Shown: positions 50,195 to 63,909 of the stretch, piece after piece
How positions within the stretch are numbered: position 1 is the first letter of the stretch
Layout: every line of letters begins with the position of its first letter
NCBI GenBank assembly: GCA_030390025.1
Contig: CM059432.1
Span: 95,544,001 to 95,608,000 of the forward strand
From: Squalus acanthias
Lineage: Eukaryota
Length of the DNA: 64,000 bases
Reading direction: 5' to 3'
The notes under the pieces: generated by a model
Seen by the model: only the letters and a program-made list of their open reading frames with translations
Told to the model about the DNA's origin: nothing
Databases searched by the model: none
Translations under genes and position numbers: made by a program

Positions 50195-51680
50195 TAATCT
50201 GTTCATGTTGCTAAGGACGATTATAATTAATTATTATACTATTCTAGTATGTCTATTTCTGATGCTTTGTGTTCAAATTGTAAATAAGTACTTAAGTTAT
50301 TGTATCTTACAAAAGCTCAATTCTGTGCTTTAGCTGGTTATACTGATTTAATTACTACAAGTACACGGAACAGAATGTGTGCCATTCAACCTTTATAGGA
50401 GACAGATTTAAAAATACAGTATCTGGATTGTAGGGGTATGATTTGTTTAACAATTGAAAACTGTATTTTAAAAACAGTACTTTAATAATCTGAAATTGTA
50501 ACAATTATACAAAAAGGAGTTTTCTTTACAGTTTCAAAGTTCCCAAGTCTTTTCACCATTGCTATTTTGAGTCTGGGCTGATTCTGCTCAACTTCAGCTC
50601 AGCCACTGGCTGATGATGGGCCCCAGTTTTGACATCATTATCGAATGCAAAGGGTCCTTTTGAGTGATCAGGCCACATTTCATCTCTGTTCCATAACACT
50701 TTAGAAATGTGAAGCCTGCTTAAAAGTCAGGCCACGGGTTTGGGAAACTCACTAAATTATCAGAAGGTACTGTAGCTACAACATTCTTGGAATTTGATTC
50801 CTATGTGCGAGTCTGGTTTAGTACAGAAGGATTTCTTCACCGAATGGTCAGTTAGAGAATTGAATGTTACCAGGAAATATTCCCCAGCAAAATTGACATA
50901 AAGATAGATCAACGGAGGCATGAGGCTGGGGAGAAGGCATTGGGGTCCCACAAATCACCTCCAGCAATGATCATCACTCAGTCTCGCCTAAAGTTAAGGT
51001 CCTGCACTATCCAATACCAATTCTGGTTGACTGATCAAATGGCCCAGTTGACTAATTGGCACAGAAAATTTAATTGCGCCCACTGGGGATGAGCCAGATA
51101 TCTGACATGTTTTGAGAGTCTCCAACCAAACTACTGAGAAATCGCAAGATATAGGCCTCAATTTTAATAGCCCTGAGGGAGGCGGGTCTGTAGCGAAAAT
51201 TGGAAAAAATGGCTTCAGACACCCAACCCGCCTCCATCCCGCCCCCACCCAATTTTCGTGAGTGTCTGTTCAGCCGCTCCCAAACTGACCCGTCTGGAAC
51301 CGGTGGGACAGGTAGTTAAGGCAGTTAAGAGCCTGTTAGCTGCCTTGCTAATCCTATTTTGATAGTGGTTTCCTATTTTCGTGCTTCTGGCTCCTGTTTC
51401 CCATCTTGTCAGAAACAGGCCAGCTTCAGGGAGACGAGTTGCTGGAGGACATGATTTGTAGTCATTGGTGGAGCACTTTAAAAGCGCCCCTGAAACATGG
51501 CTGACATTCAAATACAACAACTTTGCTGTTGTAGGTATGGGATAAGATTTTGCACATCTACTGACCTTGACTGTTCAAACTGACCAGCCATCTGCTATGT
51601 GACCTGAATGGAATAATTTCAGGCCACTTCGACTGTGCGCTTGCAAACTTGTTGCCTCAAATGTAATTTATAGCAATGAG

Positions 51681-51876
51681 ATGGGAAAAATTTATGTCCT
51701 CTCATCCTGATCCTCATAATCAGAGGACCAGCAGCCGCGTGACTCAGCGCATATCTTCCTGGGAAGAGGAGGATGAGGGGCGCCTTGCGTGCCCTGTTGT
51801 GACCAATGTAGCATCCTTCCAGTTCATTGTTGCCTGTCAAGCAGGGTATGCACACAGCCATGCCACATTTGCATAA
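51681..51876 (+). pseudogene. Transposase stub: N-terminal ~20 codons joined to C-terminal ~45 codons
   Basis: MGKIYVLSS*SS*SEDQQPR aligns to MGTIYFLSSWTSDSDEDQPR; VTQRISSWEEEDE..FIVACQAGYA..ATFA* aligns to [26 protein letters not shown] of element 2. Confidence 0.75.
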
Positions 51877-52156
51877 GCTTACTCTTCAACCATAGGTGGC
51901 GATCATATGGCTCTGTAATTGTAGGCGACATTAGTCCACCGTCATACATCTTCTCTGCCATACCTGGTTATTTCCTATAACTTTCAGCATTACAAAAACA
52001 AGTCGTCCTGAGCCCTTAATGCGCATTTGCCATTTCCCAGAACACAAAGGCCACACAATCAACTGTTTGCCATCATTTTTCTTTACCACATGACAAAAGC
52101 ATCACAAACCAATAACCGTCAGACAAAAAAAAACACCCACGTGAGTCCCCTTGCGA

Positions 52157-54020
52157 CTACATATGCTTAATCTTTCTCTTATGTGTGCTTCTACGTGGTG
52201 CTACCCCTGTGGCTTCAGCAGATGTAGAGGCACCTTGCTGACTAGGATGCTGCGCCTGCTTACACGCCTTTGACGGGCGTCCTCTGGGTTTGGGAGCCTG
52301 GGAGGGCTCTCAACAGTCTGCTCTTCCTGCGACTGTGCAGGGGCTGAAACGGCCATCTCAGTTGGCTCTGCAAAGTGGGTCTCTGACCAAGGGCTCCACA
52401 GTGGCATGGTCGTGTGAGCGCTTGGAGAGGAGCCCACACTTCCTTGTGTCCTGCCAGCAACATCCCTCTCATAGGTCAGCCGCACCTCAGTGCTGGCAAG
52501 TGGCTGGAGAGCACCTTGCTGCACTTCAGGGGGACCATGAGGACCTGTATCTGGCAGTCCTCATCACAAGGATGTCCATGAAGCTCTGGTCCCCCTGCTT
52601 AATAGCTGCCCATCTCTCCTCCAGAGATGACAATCTATTTTGAACATTCGCCATGTTTTCCTGACTCTGGCGATTTATTTCCTCCATGGTGGTAGCCAGC
52701 CTTTCCACTGAGGTAGCCAGCCTTTCCACGGAGGTTGCCATCCTATCCATGGTGGTGCGTTCATGCACCATTGCCTCCACCACGGCAGTGCTGATGTTAG
52801 AGATGGACTCCTCCATTCTCTCCACACTCGCACTAACCCTGGTGGCAAACCCTTCGGAGACTCTTGCACTTGTTCCTGTATTTCCTGAACAGCTCTTTTT
52901 CTGGATGGCCCCAGAGGCACAGCGTCTGCATGCAGCTCAGCAGAGCTGGGAGAGCCCTGCGACCTCCGCCGAGGACTCTCCACTGCTGTCTCTGTCTCCA
53001 CCATCTGCTGATGCTCACTTGTGCGCTGTGATAGACCAGGTGGCAACACTACTCTAACTCGCGATGGCACCACCTGCGTGTGCGTTGCTGCGCTGGTGCT
53101 GGGTGCGCTGAGTCCTGGTGATGCTGCTCCCTCAGAGGCTTCAGGTTCCTCTGAGGAGTTGTCTGGCTCTTTGTCCTGGATCGTGGGGAGGGTGGCGCTC
53201 GATGGTCCTGTGGGAGAGTAAAGGCATTTTTAGACATCTGATATTGATGCAGCAGACACAGCCTTTTGTGCAGATGATACATCGAGATTCTCTATGAACA
53301 TCATATGCCATTGCAGTCAATCACTAAATGTCAATGAGAGGGATAAAACTCTATTATGTCACCAGCTTCCTCTAGTGTGCCCGTCTCTCCATCGCCCACT
53401 TCCAGGTCCTCGCCACCTCCAACAATTTAGTGTGCAGCCTCCTCAGCCCTTGTCAACGTTGATAGGGTAGGTGTTCCTCCTCCAGTCAGTGCGATCTCCC
53501 TCTTATTTTGGGCTATCTTTTCCTGCAAGGATGGACACAAGCGGAGTTTCAACCACCGAGATGGAGTGAGTGTGAAGAATCCCTACCATAGAACCTTTGA
53601 GGGAGACGAAGATGGGGTGAGGTGCCAAGAGGAAGCTAGCTCCCTGTGGGTTGTTAGTTGTTGTCACTGCATAACAGTGAGAGCGAGTGTAAGGGGTGCA
53701 TAGGCAGGATGCTGAAGTGATTCAGTACAGAGACAGAGCTGGATAGGTAAGGATGCAAGGGAAGTAAGGGTAAGGTGGTATGTGGAGGAGCAGACTTACA
53801 ACGCAGAGTGCTGGTGAAGAGAAGAGAAGGGAAGCAGATTTGAAGGTAAGTGAGATGGGATACTCACTTTTGATGTTCGCACAAGATCATTAAACCGTTT
53901 CCTGCACTGGATCCAGGAGCGTGAACAAATGGACCTTGCACTGACCTCCTGAGCAATGCCTTGGTCTGCTGAGGAGGTTTCCTCTGGCCATCAGGAGGGA
54001 AGAGAATCTCCCAGCGCCCT
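52157..54020 (-). pseudogene. Harbinger Myb/SANT-like gene, disrupted (exons 54020-53868 partial, 53522-53363, 53207-52157)
   Basis: ILFPPDGQRKPPQQTKA..AQEVSARSICSRSWIQCRKRFNDL; same 160-nt exon 2 and intron phases as element 2; frameshifts and stops. Confidence 0.85.
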
Positions 54021-54115
54021 CAAAGAAGGTGTTAAATGCTTAGAGGCACAGGGCAAGGCTAGAATACTCAATGAGTACTTTGTATCGGTGTTTACTAAGG
54101 AGGTGGATGCTGACA

Positions 54116-54177
54116 CTATTTTGCCGGTTATTAAAGAATTCCGGTTGATTAGGTGCCATTTAAACGAGAGTTTACTG
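54116..54177. mobile_element. Isolated 62-bp end of the Tigger-like MITE
   Basis: Inverted near-identical copy (2 mismatches) of 54355-54416, followed by TA. Confidence 0.8.
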
Positions 54178-54354
54178 TAGTATTAACTAGGCACTGCCTG
54201 GCTGGAAGCAATGTTGCAAATACTGGTCTCCGCTGCGATATAAAAGTACTATAAGTATGTGGCCCAGAAATGAGGCTGGATACAGAGCAGAGTGGACGAA
54301 GATCATCTACTGATTATGTCCTTTAAGTTACCAATTAAATTGTATAACTAAATA

Positions 54355-54605
54355 CAGTAAACTCTCATTTAAACGGCACCTAATCAACCGGAATTCTTTA
54401 ATAACCGGCAAAATAGATAGCCGGTAATATTGCCGAATCCGTCCATTTTTCGTTTTTCCAAGTCCGAGTTTCCCGCGGTGGCTGAGTTAGTCACTGCTTT
54501 TTATTTTTTTTGTGTTAAAAATTACATACCTCGCTGTTATCCGGAATTTTTAATCAACCGGCACCATCCCGGTCCTGTCGTTGCCGGATACGAAAGAGTT
54601 TACTG
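54355..54605. mobile_element. Tigger-like MITE (same family as 49091-49350, opposite orientation)
   Basis: TIR CAGTAAACTCT, TA TSD. Confidence 0.87.
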
Positions 54606-54980
54606 TACACAGTAAAGCATCACCCCAGCTCAGTTACAAATTTGATTAAAAAAAGTTATTTCATACAATTTAAAAACCTCATGGCACTTTAATACTTGTG
54701 TTGTGGGAATGCAAGGCTATAACTATACAAGCCTATACATTTTTAGTGCAGTACTTGCCTGCTGACCAGCTGCTACTCCATTTTTCAATTCAGTTTGGTT
54801 ACTTCCACTGTCTCCAGACTTGGATGGGGTCTCACTGTTGCTTGTCTGGCAGGCTATCTGTTCCCTCTCTTTATCACAAGATAATTACAAGCGGGGAAAG
54901 CCATTTCGCACATCTTAATTCATCCATCCAGAGAAATCCTAACATCATCCCTATTGTAGCATCGGAGTTGTTTCTTAAGT

Positions 54981-55705
54981 AATTGTTGTCCAATAGACAT
55001 CGCTGACTAGCCACAGGCATGGTTACAGCAACACTGTTTCAGTGAGATGCACTAATTTTAGTAGAAAATGCCGTATGCACAATACAGGTAAATGTACTTC
55101 ACGTGTATATGTACTTAACAAACATCAAGCACCATTCAGTGTGAAACTGCAGTCTTTCTCTTTCACCAATTTTAGAATTCAGACACAGCACATCTTGCGC
55201 AGTTTCTAAGTTTTTGCCCAGCAGCAGCAAGTCGTACTTTGTCTTCACAACGAGACGTGCCAGACCCGCCCCTGCTCTCTATCTATAATACAGTGGGATG
55301 CTGTTTGCCTTTGCCATGACGTGCCCTGTTGGAGCTGCTTGATATTGGTTGGGCTTGCTTTCTTCTGCTGGCCTAGGGCGGTTATTCCGATTGGTTGAGT
55401 TGACCACGATGGCAGCTCCCCTCTCCATACAGTGTTGCGGGTGCTTTTCATGGTACTGATGTCTGGCGTTTTCACCCATTTTACACACCATTTTAACAGA
55501 TAACCAATAAGCAGTAACCAAGAAAGTAAAGCACACAGTGATCAGAAAACACTCTCACATTCTGCTTTTCATCTTGCCATTTTACCAACAAATGTACAGA
55601 AAGGGTAAAGTATACACGCTGTGCCAGTTTGATTAATCAAAACTGCAATTAGCTATATTTGGATTCCTAATTAGCCCACTGTGGCTAATGCATTGGACAA
55701 CACTG
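54981..55705. mobile_element. Non-autonomous hAT-type element (725 bp)
   Basis: TIRs AATTGTTGTCCAAT / ATTGGACAACACTG; 8-bp TSD TCTTAAGT / TCTTAAAT. Confidence 0.72.
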
Positions 55706-55713
55706 TCTTAAAT

Positions 55714-56860
55714 GATCCCAGGGTTTTTACATTCACTACTCTATTTAGAAATTTATTCCACATTGAAGATTCCCTTTGATGAAGAATTTCCTGATATCGA
55801 TCCTAAAATGATCTTTTATTAGATTAAACTAGTGTCCTCCTCGTTCCACTTCACTGTTTAATTTAAAGTAATATTTTGGGTTAACTTTTTCTAGACCCTT
55901 AAAAATCTTATACCTCTACAAGGTCACCTTTCAGACACCTCCTTTCCAGCCTCTGAAAAGCCCAAATCTATCCAGTCTTTCCTCATAACTCAGGCCCTTG
56001 AATCAGCCCCATGGCTATTCTCTGCTCTGCCTCCAGCATTTGAATATATATCTTTTGTTTCTTAGCAACCAGAACTGGATGCAGTATTCAGGGTGTAGTC
56101 TGACCAAAGCGCTCTACAATTGGATCGTTACCTCCTCTGACTTGTATTCTACTGTTTTGGTTATGTAGTTCAACATAGACTTTGTTGATCGCCCTGCAAT
56201 GGTTGGACATGTTTAGCTTTGAGTCTACTAAGAATCCTATGCGTCTCAACTTCATCCTTGGCTAATTCAGCATCATTCTATGGTACTTTACATTAAGTTG
56301 CATTAACTTTCATCTGTCGTCGTTCTGGCCCCTCGCATATTTTGTCCAACTCATTGTTATTTCTGAACTGCGTCTCCTAGTTTGGTATCATCAAATTTAA
56401 CTAGTCTGCATTCAGTTTTTGAATCTTCACCTTCTGAATCCATATGGTCTGCTGAACTAGTTATTGTTGTACAGATGTTCCTGACGTTTATCCTGATTGA
56501 TTTTGTTATTATACGTGGAATGAAAGGATGACGATTGGATCTGTAGTTGCCTATGTCTTTTTTTCCTGTTTTTTGAATTATGAGCACTACATTTGCCTGT
56601 TTCCAGTCTACTAATACATCCCCAGTGTCCATTGACTGGCTCGTAATAATTCAGTGCTTCACAGATCGCCTCCCTAGTCTCTCTCAGCACTTTGGGATAA
56701 ATACCACCTATCCCTGGGGATTTATTTGTTTTGAGTCCATTTAGCCTGTCTAGGACTAAAACTCATTTATAGTAAAGTAATTGATTATTTTTGGGATATC
56801 TTTGTTTGGAGATGGGATGTTGCTCATATCTTTCCCTGTGATTACTTGGAGGAAGTTAGT
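55714..56860 (-). mobile_element. Old degenerate CR1-clade LINE fragment
   Basis: DWKQANVV..K.GKKDIGNYR, KFDDTKLG and KSPG-like remnants. Confidence 0.7.
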
Positions 56861-58639
56861 CATTGAGAATATTTACTATTTGGTGCTCATTCTCTGTTTT
56901 AATACAGTTTATAATTTTCACATCTTCTGACTGCCCTCTTGCTGTTGCTGGGTGATTTCTTGCAGTGTGACTTTTCTATTTGTCAGTTTCAATTTCTTGA
57001 CTCAGTTTTGCATGTTTACATTCCATATGCAACTAGCCTATTTGAATTTTACAGGCCTGGAGGTTTGCTGAGGGTTGCTCCTTAATTGGATGGAAATCCA
57101 GTGAGAATCAAACCGGCCAAACCAGCAACTGAACATGTAAAAACCGAGTCACCTGGGCTGCAGTCTGGACATGCTAGTCTTGAAAGGGCGTTGCTGCAGC
57201 TGTTTTTCCCCAGTGAAATGATAGCAATGTGGCACTTTTCTGGTGGAGGTTGGACCTTATTCAAAGAAAAAGGATAATCTTGCCTCTGTCAGGCAATGAA
57301 ACATTTTGTAACTTGCTTTAATGGGCAAAAACTGTTTTCTCTTATACTCTGATACTGAGAAGATTATTAATTGATTACCATGATTATTAACTCCAAGTAT
57401 TAGTCCTCAGAAACCTGTCGGGAAGAGAATTGAATTTGAATTAGTTTCTTTCAGTGTTGGTAATCAAAATTCTTGAATGTGATTACCACTGATTAGCTTA
57501 AGAGGTATTTGACAGCACTAAGTTTGGGAAAACACACTCCTGAATATTTTTTTAATTTGTAAAGCATTAATTTTTGTAGTTAAGATTCAACTTATTGTAA
57601 CTATTAAAGTAATCCTTTTCCCATATTTCCTTCCTATCTCTGCTTTGTCAGCTTTTAGCAAGGGAGAAGTGTGGTGGTCCAGATTATGAAGTTCTGTATG
57701 GCTGACACCCATGCCTAATCCCTAGCTCTTGATTTGGGCCATATTTTGTGGGAGCTGCGATTTGCTATATCTTTTTCTGTTAATATCACTGATTAATTTC
57801 CCTGTTACTTAAGTGATTTTATATTGTGCAAGACCCACGCCACTAGATCCCAAAATGGGAGCTACACCGTGATAACCGCTATTTCTGGCCAGAATGGCAA
57901 TGATTGGGTAATTCCCCCTTCAATCATGCCTGGTGCACAGCCGTAAGTGACTGGGATTGATTTTACGCACATAATTTGTATTATTTAACTATCCTCTACT
58001 CACTGCATTTTGCTGGAGAAATCACCACGCGTTTATCGGGAGAAGTTGCTGCAGTTTTGGTCACGAGTTCTGTTTGCTGCAGTTTGTAGAGATTCTATTT
58101 AAATAGACTGTAAATTGACATTGTTTGCTGCAAAATACACTGTTTGCTCAGAGTCCTGCCGTAAGCCCCGCCCTGCCTCCATCTCATTGGCTGACACGGT
58201 GGTGTCAATAGACACTCTGCAAAGTGTGCATCTTGTGCAAACAGCTGGAAACAAAATGTAAAACTACGTGGACTCATAGACTGACCGCTGGGAAGACCTG
58301 TTTTCAACAGCTCTCCAGGCCCTGGTGAAAGTCCCAACATTTTACATTTGGCCTGCAGCTGTCTGGGCAAGACCTGTGCTTTGGCAAAGCAGCAACAGTA
58401 GCATAATATGAAGACAGTTTAAATCAGTGATTTGTTACTTCAGTAAATGGTGAACCAGCAACAATTTTTTTTAATAGAAAGTTTTAGCCGAAAACTTCAC
58501 TTTTAAAGCTGTTCTGCCCGCTAATCTTTGTTAACTGGAAACTGTTTAAACTGTACTAACAAAGCAATGCAGACCTAGTTTGAAAATGTGTTTTTATGTT
58601 TCATTTGAATCCAGCGTTTTTTCTGTAGATTTTTTAACC

Positions 58640-59770
58640 ACTTGCATTTATATAGCCCCTTTAATGTAGCAAAATGTCCCAAGGCGCTTCACAGGAGCGT
58701 TATCAAACAAAATTTGACAAGAAGCCACATGAGGTATTAGCACAGATGACCAAAAGCTTTGTCAAAATGGTAGGTTTTAAGGAGCTTCTTAAAAGAGGAG
58801 AGGTGCAGAGGAAGAGAAGTTAAGGGGGGAATTCTAGAGCTTGGGGCCAAGGCAACTGAAGACATGGCCGGCAATAATGGTGCGATGAAAATTGGGCTGC
58901 GAAGAGGCCAGAATTGGAGGAGCGCAGCTATCTCAGAGGGTTATAGGGCTGGAGCAGGTTACAGAGATAGGGAAGGATGAGACCATGGAGTGATTTGAAT
59001 TCGGGAATGAGAATTTTAAAACGAGGCGTTACCAAACCAGAAGCCAATGTAGGTCAGTGAGCACGGGCGATGGGTGAACGAGACTTGGTTACGGAGGTGG
59101 AAATAGGTGGTCTTGGTGATGGAGAGGATGTGGTTGGAAGCTCATCTCCAGGTCAGAGAGGACGCCGAGGTTACGAATGGTCTGGTTCAGCCTCACAGTG
59201 CCCAGGAAGAGTGATGGAGTCTGTGGCTACGGAACGGAGTTTGTGGCGGGGACCGAAGACAGTGGCTTCGGCCTTCCCAATATTTAATTGGAGGAAATTT
59301 TTGCTCATTCAGTACTGGATGTTGGACAACCAGTCTGACAAATCAGAGGCTGTGGAGGAGTCGCGAGAGGTGGTGGTGTGGTCGAGCTTGGTGTCGTCGG
59401 TGTACTTGTGGAACCTGACGTTTTTGGATGACGACGCTGAGGGGAGTAGGTTGATGAGAAATTGGAGGGGGCCAAGGATAGATCCTTGGGGAACTCCAGA
59501 GATAACTGTGTGGGAGCGGGAAAAGAAGCCATTGCAGATAGGCTGAGATAGATAGATTTTTGGACTCTCGGGGAATCAAGGGATATGGAGATCGGGCGGG
59601 AAAGTGGAGTTGAGGTCGATGATCAGCCAGGATCTTATTGAATGGTGGAACATTCTCGAGAGGCTGCATGGCCGACTCCTGCTCCTAATTCTTATGTTAT
59701 GTTCTTGTGATTCTCTGGCTACGACTGGATAGATAAGAATAGAACCAGGCAAGAGCCGTCCCACCCAGAT
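58640..59770 (-). mobile_element. L2-clade LINE fragment with a nested CR1 3' end (+, ~59540-59705)
   Basis: Minus-strand SGVPQGSILGP and Y.DDT RT motifs, L2 tail at 58640; CR1 3' UTR interrupts it. Confidence 0.78.
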
Positions 59771-60104
59771 AAAATAAAGTCCATCCAGTCTTTCCAGCCC
59801 ATCACTGCACACCGAGGTTCTTGTACCTGTTGTCAGGACCTACTGAGGTCTTGGGCTATGAATTAGTGAGCCACTGAAAATGGGTGTGGGGATTGTGATG
59901 CGTTTCTCACTTAAATGATTGCTGTTTGCAGCCAGCACTCCCAGCGCTGTTCATTGGCTGCATGCATCAGCAGGGGGCCCAATATTGTTAGTACCTTGTA
60001 CCACTTGAAGCTAGCCTGCACCTCTTAAAGGGGAGGTGCATTGTGGCTGCAGCAGGTACTGGGAGTTGTTCTGCAACTGAATCTGACCTGAGAAAGAGAG
60101 AAGA

Positions 60105-61957
60105 ATGGTTGACCATGGGAGAGGGCGGCCTCCCAGGTTTTTGGACGCTGCACTGGAGATCTTGGTGGAGGAGGTAGAAAGGAAGATAGTTGTTCTGTAT
60201 CCTCGGGTGGGGGGGCGGGGGCACGGGCACGGGGCAGATACAGGAGGCCCTCTAGACACACGATGAGAAGGCAGTGGGAACTGATAGCCGGGGTGGTTAA
60301 TGCCAGGCGTGTAGCCCCAAGGGCCTGTATGCAGTACCGGAAGAATTTTAATGACCTCACACGAGTGGTTAAGGTCAGTGAATGCATCTTCAAATGCCAC
60401 ATCCTACCAACTGCATCACTAGCCTCAGCCATTGTTGAATTCACCACACCCCCATCACTCCCCTACCAACAATCGTTATCAATCAGGACTCGTATCTACG
60501 TTATATGCTTCACCTCATCCTCACGCACTTCGCTCTGTTTCAAGCCTCACACCCACATCTCACAACTTGCACACGCTACCAGCTGTTCAACCGTGACGGC
60601 CACATCACCCAAACAAATTGCATGACACTCAGACTCATTTCCCTCTCTCTTGCAGGAGAAGGTGGGAGCAATCTGAGGCAGAAGGAACTAACTGGAGGGG
60701 GGAGAGGCGCGCCTGCATGTTCTGACCCCCATCGAGGAGATGGTGCTGGCCATTGTGGGAAGGGCCTTTGCTGAGGCCGTGGCCACCCATGGGGCTGAAT
60801 CCATTGAAGATGCCTGTATCCTCATATCTAATCCTCCTTCTCACATCCCACTTCTCCCTCATTCCTAACTTTCTTGTGACTTGCAAGCTGCACTACTTAC
60901 TTTCTCCCCTCACCACAACTCAACCCATGTCGCTTTTTCATTTCAGATACTCATGAACTGCAATCTGCCCAGGCAGTGGTGGAAGAGCAGGAAGACAGTG
61001 AAGATGAAGACAGACCATCACTTGATATCACAGTCACGGCCACCAGCTAAGAGACTGACACTGCACATATTTTAGAGGATAGCATCGAGGCGGGATCTGC
61101 ATGTGGTGGGACACAAGGCACAAGTGCACTGCAGCCAGGGCAAGGAGAGAAGGAGAGCGCACGTGGTGGAGGGCGAGGTTGCAGACTAACTCAGATGAGG
61201 ACTTTGATGGGCCAGGCTACAGAAAAAGGCTGATTGGTATCCATTCAAAATGCTTGGTGCATTGGGAAGCCTGCCAGAAAGCCTGTGTGCAATGTTGAGC
61301 ATAGAGGAGTCCGGCATCAACTTGGTACAGCGTGTTGCGCAGAGCTTAGAGCCCATTCTTTCCAGCATGGAACGGGTGACTAACTCCAACACACTTGTGG
61401 AACCAACCATCATGCAGCGTCTGATGGCCGATGTTTCCGCTTCCATTGCAGCAAAAGCAGCAGCCACCCAACGTTTGAGTGCTACAGTGGAAGCTCAGAC
61501 TGCTGCCATCATGGCTCTGGATACCAGTGTTCAGAGGGGATTCGAGGGTGTCACAGCAGTCCAACAATCTGTTCTCCAACAGATTACTAGGATTGCTGAA
61601 GCGCTGCCCTGGGTGAGTGGCAATGGCTCAATGGAGCACGAACCTGCTGTCCTCTCTCTGGATGACAGCATTTGTGCTTGCACCCCTGCTACTCCGCCAG
61701 TGCCTTTGCTATTGCCTCTCAGCCAGCCAGCCCAGACTGCTGCCGCCCATGCCGAGATGGTGCCGTCTGAAGCCAGGCCTTCTAGGCCTAGAGCTGCTCA
61801 AGGTCTTCCTTCAAAACTATCGGCAGTCTCCTCAACTGAAGGTCAGCTGCCTTCCACCAGCCATGTTGCAGCCACTGGGGTAACACCTTGTAGGAGCACG
61901 AGGACAGCCAAAGGTGCACGGAAGACAGGCACTAAGGGAAAGCACAAGGGTGATTAG
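60105..61957 (+). pseudogene. Harbinger Myb/SANT-like gene, 3 exons (60105-60373, 60656-~60815, 60947-61957), disrupted
   Basis: MVDHGRGRPPRFLDAALEILVEEV..VLYP..RRQWELIAGVVNA..QYRKNFNDL; ORF 61250-61957 homologous to 5058-5726. Confidence 0.82.
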
Positions 61958-62129
61958 TTTATTTTTGTATGCAATATGGCATGGTTTAATTCATAAATTT
62001 GCATTAGAATGTGTATTTTGTGTTGGATTTTATTTTTACATTGTGGCTAAGAGGACAATGTGATGGTCAGTGACAGAGGGACGGTAAGGAGTATGGGATT
62101 GTTGGTGAATGGGGAATTGGGGTTGAGGT

Positions 62130-62292
62130 CAACGTTCCCTTTAAGCTGTGTGGCCGCGCAGTGCTCTGTAGGTCACACGCAGCCGATGAGCTGGCTTTTA
62201 AATAGAAAAAACGCACATGTGCTGAATCTTGAATGGCCCACGCAGCCCATTAAAGGGGCCACGCAGGCCAAAATTAATTAGAGGGAACATCG
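62130..62292. mobile_element. hAT-type MITE (163 bp)
   Basis: TIRs CAACGTTCCCTTTAA / TTAGAGGGAACATCG; perfect 8-bp TSD GTTGAGGT. Confidence 0.88.
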
Positions 62293-62299
62293 GTTGAGG

Positions 62300-63909
62300 T
62301 TACTGGTATCGCTGTTGAATTAGTTGTTCACATACAGCCTGGGCAGAAAGGGGCTGTCTAAGTTGCAGCCTCCCTTCCTCTTCCTCCTCTTTTGCCTCCT
62401 CCTCCTCATGCTCCTGCTCCTCAGCTTCTCGCCTTATAGGTGGTGGCAAGTGCTGTTCCGTCATGATGGCAAGGTTGTGCAGCATGTAGCATACCACCAC
62501 AAATCTTGAGACTGCAGGGCTCCTCCAGAGTGGTCCAGGCAGCGGAATCGTTGCTTCAGGATGCCAATGGTTTGCTCTATCAGATTACTTGTGGCAGCAT
62601 GGCTCTCATTGTATGCCTGCTGCGTACGTGTGTGGGTTGCGAACAGGACTCATGAGCCATGCCGTCAGCGGATAGCCCTTGTTGCCCAGAAGCCGCCATT
62701 TGGTTTGTTGTGGTAGCTGAAATACAGCAGGCCCAGAGGACGCCGCAGAATGAAGGCATCATGACTGCTACCAGGATACCGGGCATTGACCTGTATGATG
62801 CACTGCCTATGGTCACACACCAGCTGCACGTTGAGGGAGTGGAATCTCTTTTGGTTCAGGTACATGACAGAGTTGACATGAGGCAGACGCAAAGCAATGT
62901 GTGTGCGGTCAATGGCACCCTGGGGAAGCATGCAATCCTTGTGCTCACTCTGCCTGCTTCTCTAGCAACAGGGAATGAAATGAACTTATCGCTCTTTGAA
63001 TAGAGAGCCCCAGTAACCTCCCTTGTGCAACAGTGCACTGCAAACTGCGAGATGTTGCTAATATCTCCAGCAGCAGCCTGGAAGGAGCCAGACACACACG
63101 TTCATCGTCATGGTCACCTTCACAGCCACTGGCAATGCGATTCTTGCCCTGCTCTGAGGTTGGAATTGTGGCTGCAGCAGGTGGCAGATTTCAGTGACAG
63201 CCTCCTTAGTGAAGCACAGACGTCGCAGACATTGGTTGTCACTCAGGTTCAGGTAGGCGAATTGAGCCCTGAACACCCTCGTGTCCTAACTTGCACCAAG
63301 TCCCGTTCGCCCATCACCCCTATGCTCGCTGACCTACATTGGCTCCCGGTTAAGCAGCGCCTCGATTTCAAAATTCTCATCCTTGTTTTCAAATCCCTCC
63401 ATGGCCTCGCCCTTTCCTATCTCTCTAATCTCCTTCAGCCACACAACCCCCCCCCAAGATATCTGCGCTCCTCTAATTTTGCCCTCTTGAGCATCCCTGA
63501 TTATAATCGCTCAACCTTTGGTGGCCGTGCCTTCTGTTGCCTAAGCCCTAAGGTCTGGAATTCCCTGCCTAAACCTATCCGCCTCGCTACCTCTCTTTCC
63601 TCCTTTAAGACGCTCCTTAAAACCTACCTCTTTGACCAAGCCTTTGGTCACATGCCCTAATTTATCCTTATGTGGATCGGTGTCAAATTTTTTGTCTTAA
63701 AATACTCCTGTGCAGCGCCTTGGGACGTTTTACTACGTTAAAGGCGCTATATAAATACAAGTTGTTGTTGTGGGCGGATGTGGCCTCCTGCTGAGACCCC
63801 TTCTCCCCCTCCTCCTCCCTCTTCTAGCAGTTTGTCCTGCTCTGCGTGGCCTCTGCTCATTCTCCCAGTCATGTTCAATTCCAAGAGGAAGGCTTACCAG
63901 TGCACCCAT
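62300..63909 (-). pseudogene. Harbinger DDE transposase, disrupted and split by L2
   Basis: MGALVSLPL..; [74 protein letters not shown]. Confidence 0.9.
63280..63771 (+). mobile_element. L2-clade LINE 3' fragment inserted in the transposase
   Basis: RVLTCTKSRSPITPMLADLHWLPVKQRLDFKIL..; tail ATAAATACAAGTTGTTGTTG. Confidence 0.9.

Larger units (their letters stand above)
51154..54020. mobile_element. Element-2-family Harbinger deletion derivative (transposase core deleted, other end truncated)
   Basis: TIR-like GGCCTCAATTTT at 51154 with ACCCGCC motifs; transposase stub; Myb-like gene homologous to 12148-14155. Confidence 0.82.

Noticed and set aside
55245..55536. hAT zinc-finger/transposase remnant ORFs
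   Set aside because: Resemblance too weak; only the TIR/TSD call is supported
63025..63660. 211-aa ORF as a novel chimeric gene
   Set aside because: Chance read-through from antisense transposase sequence into an L2 ORF2 tail
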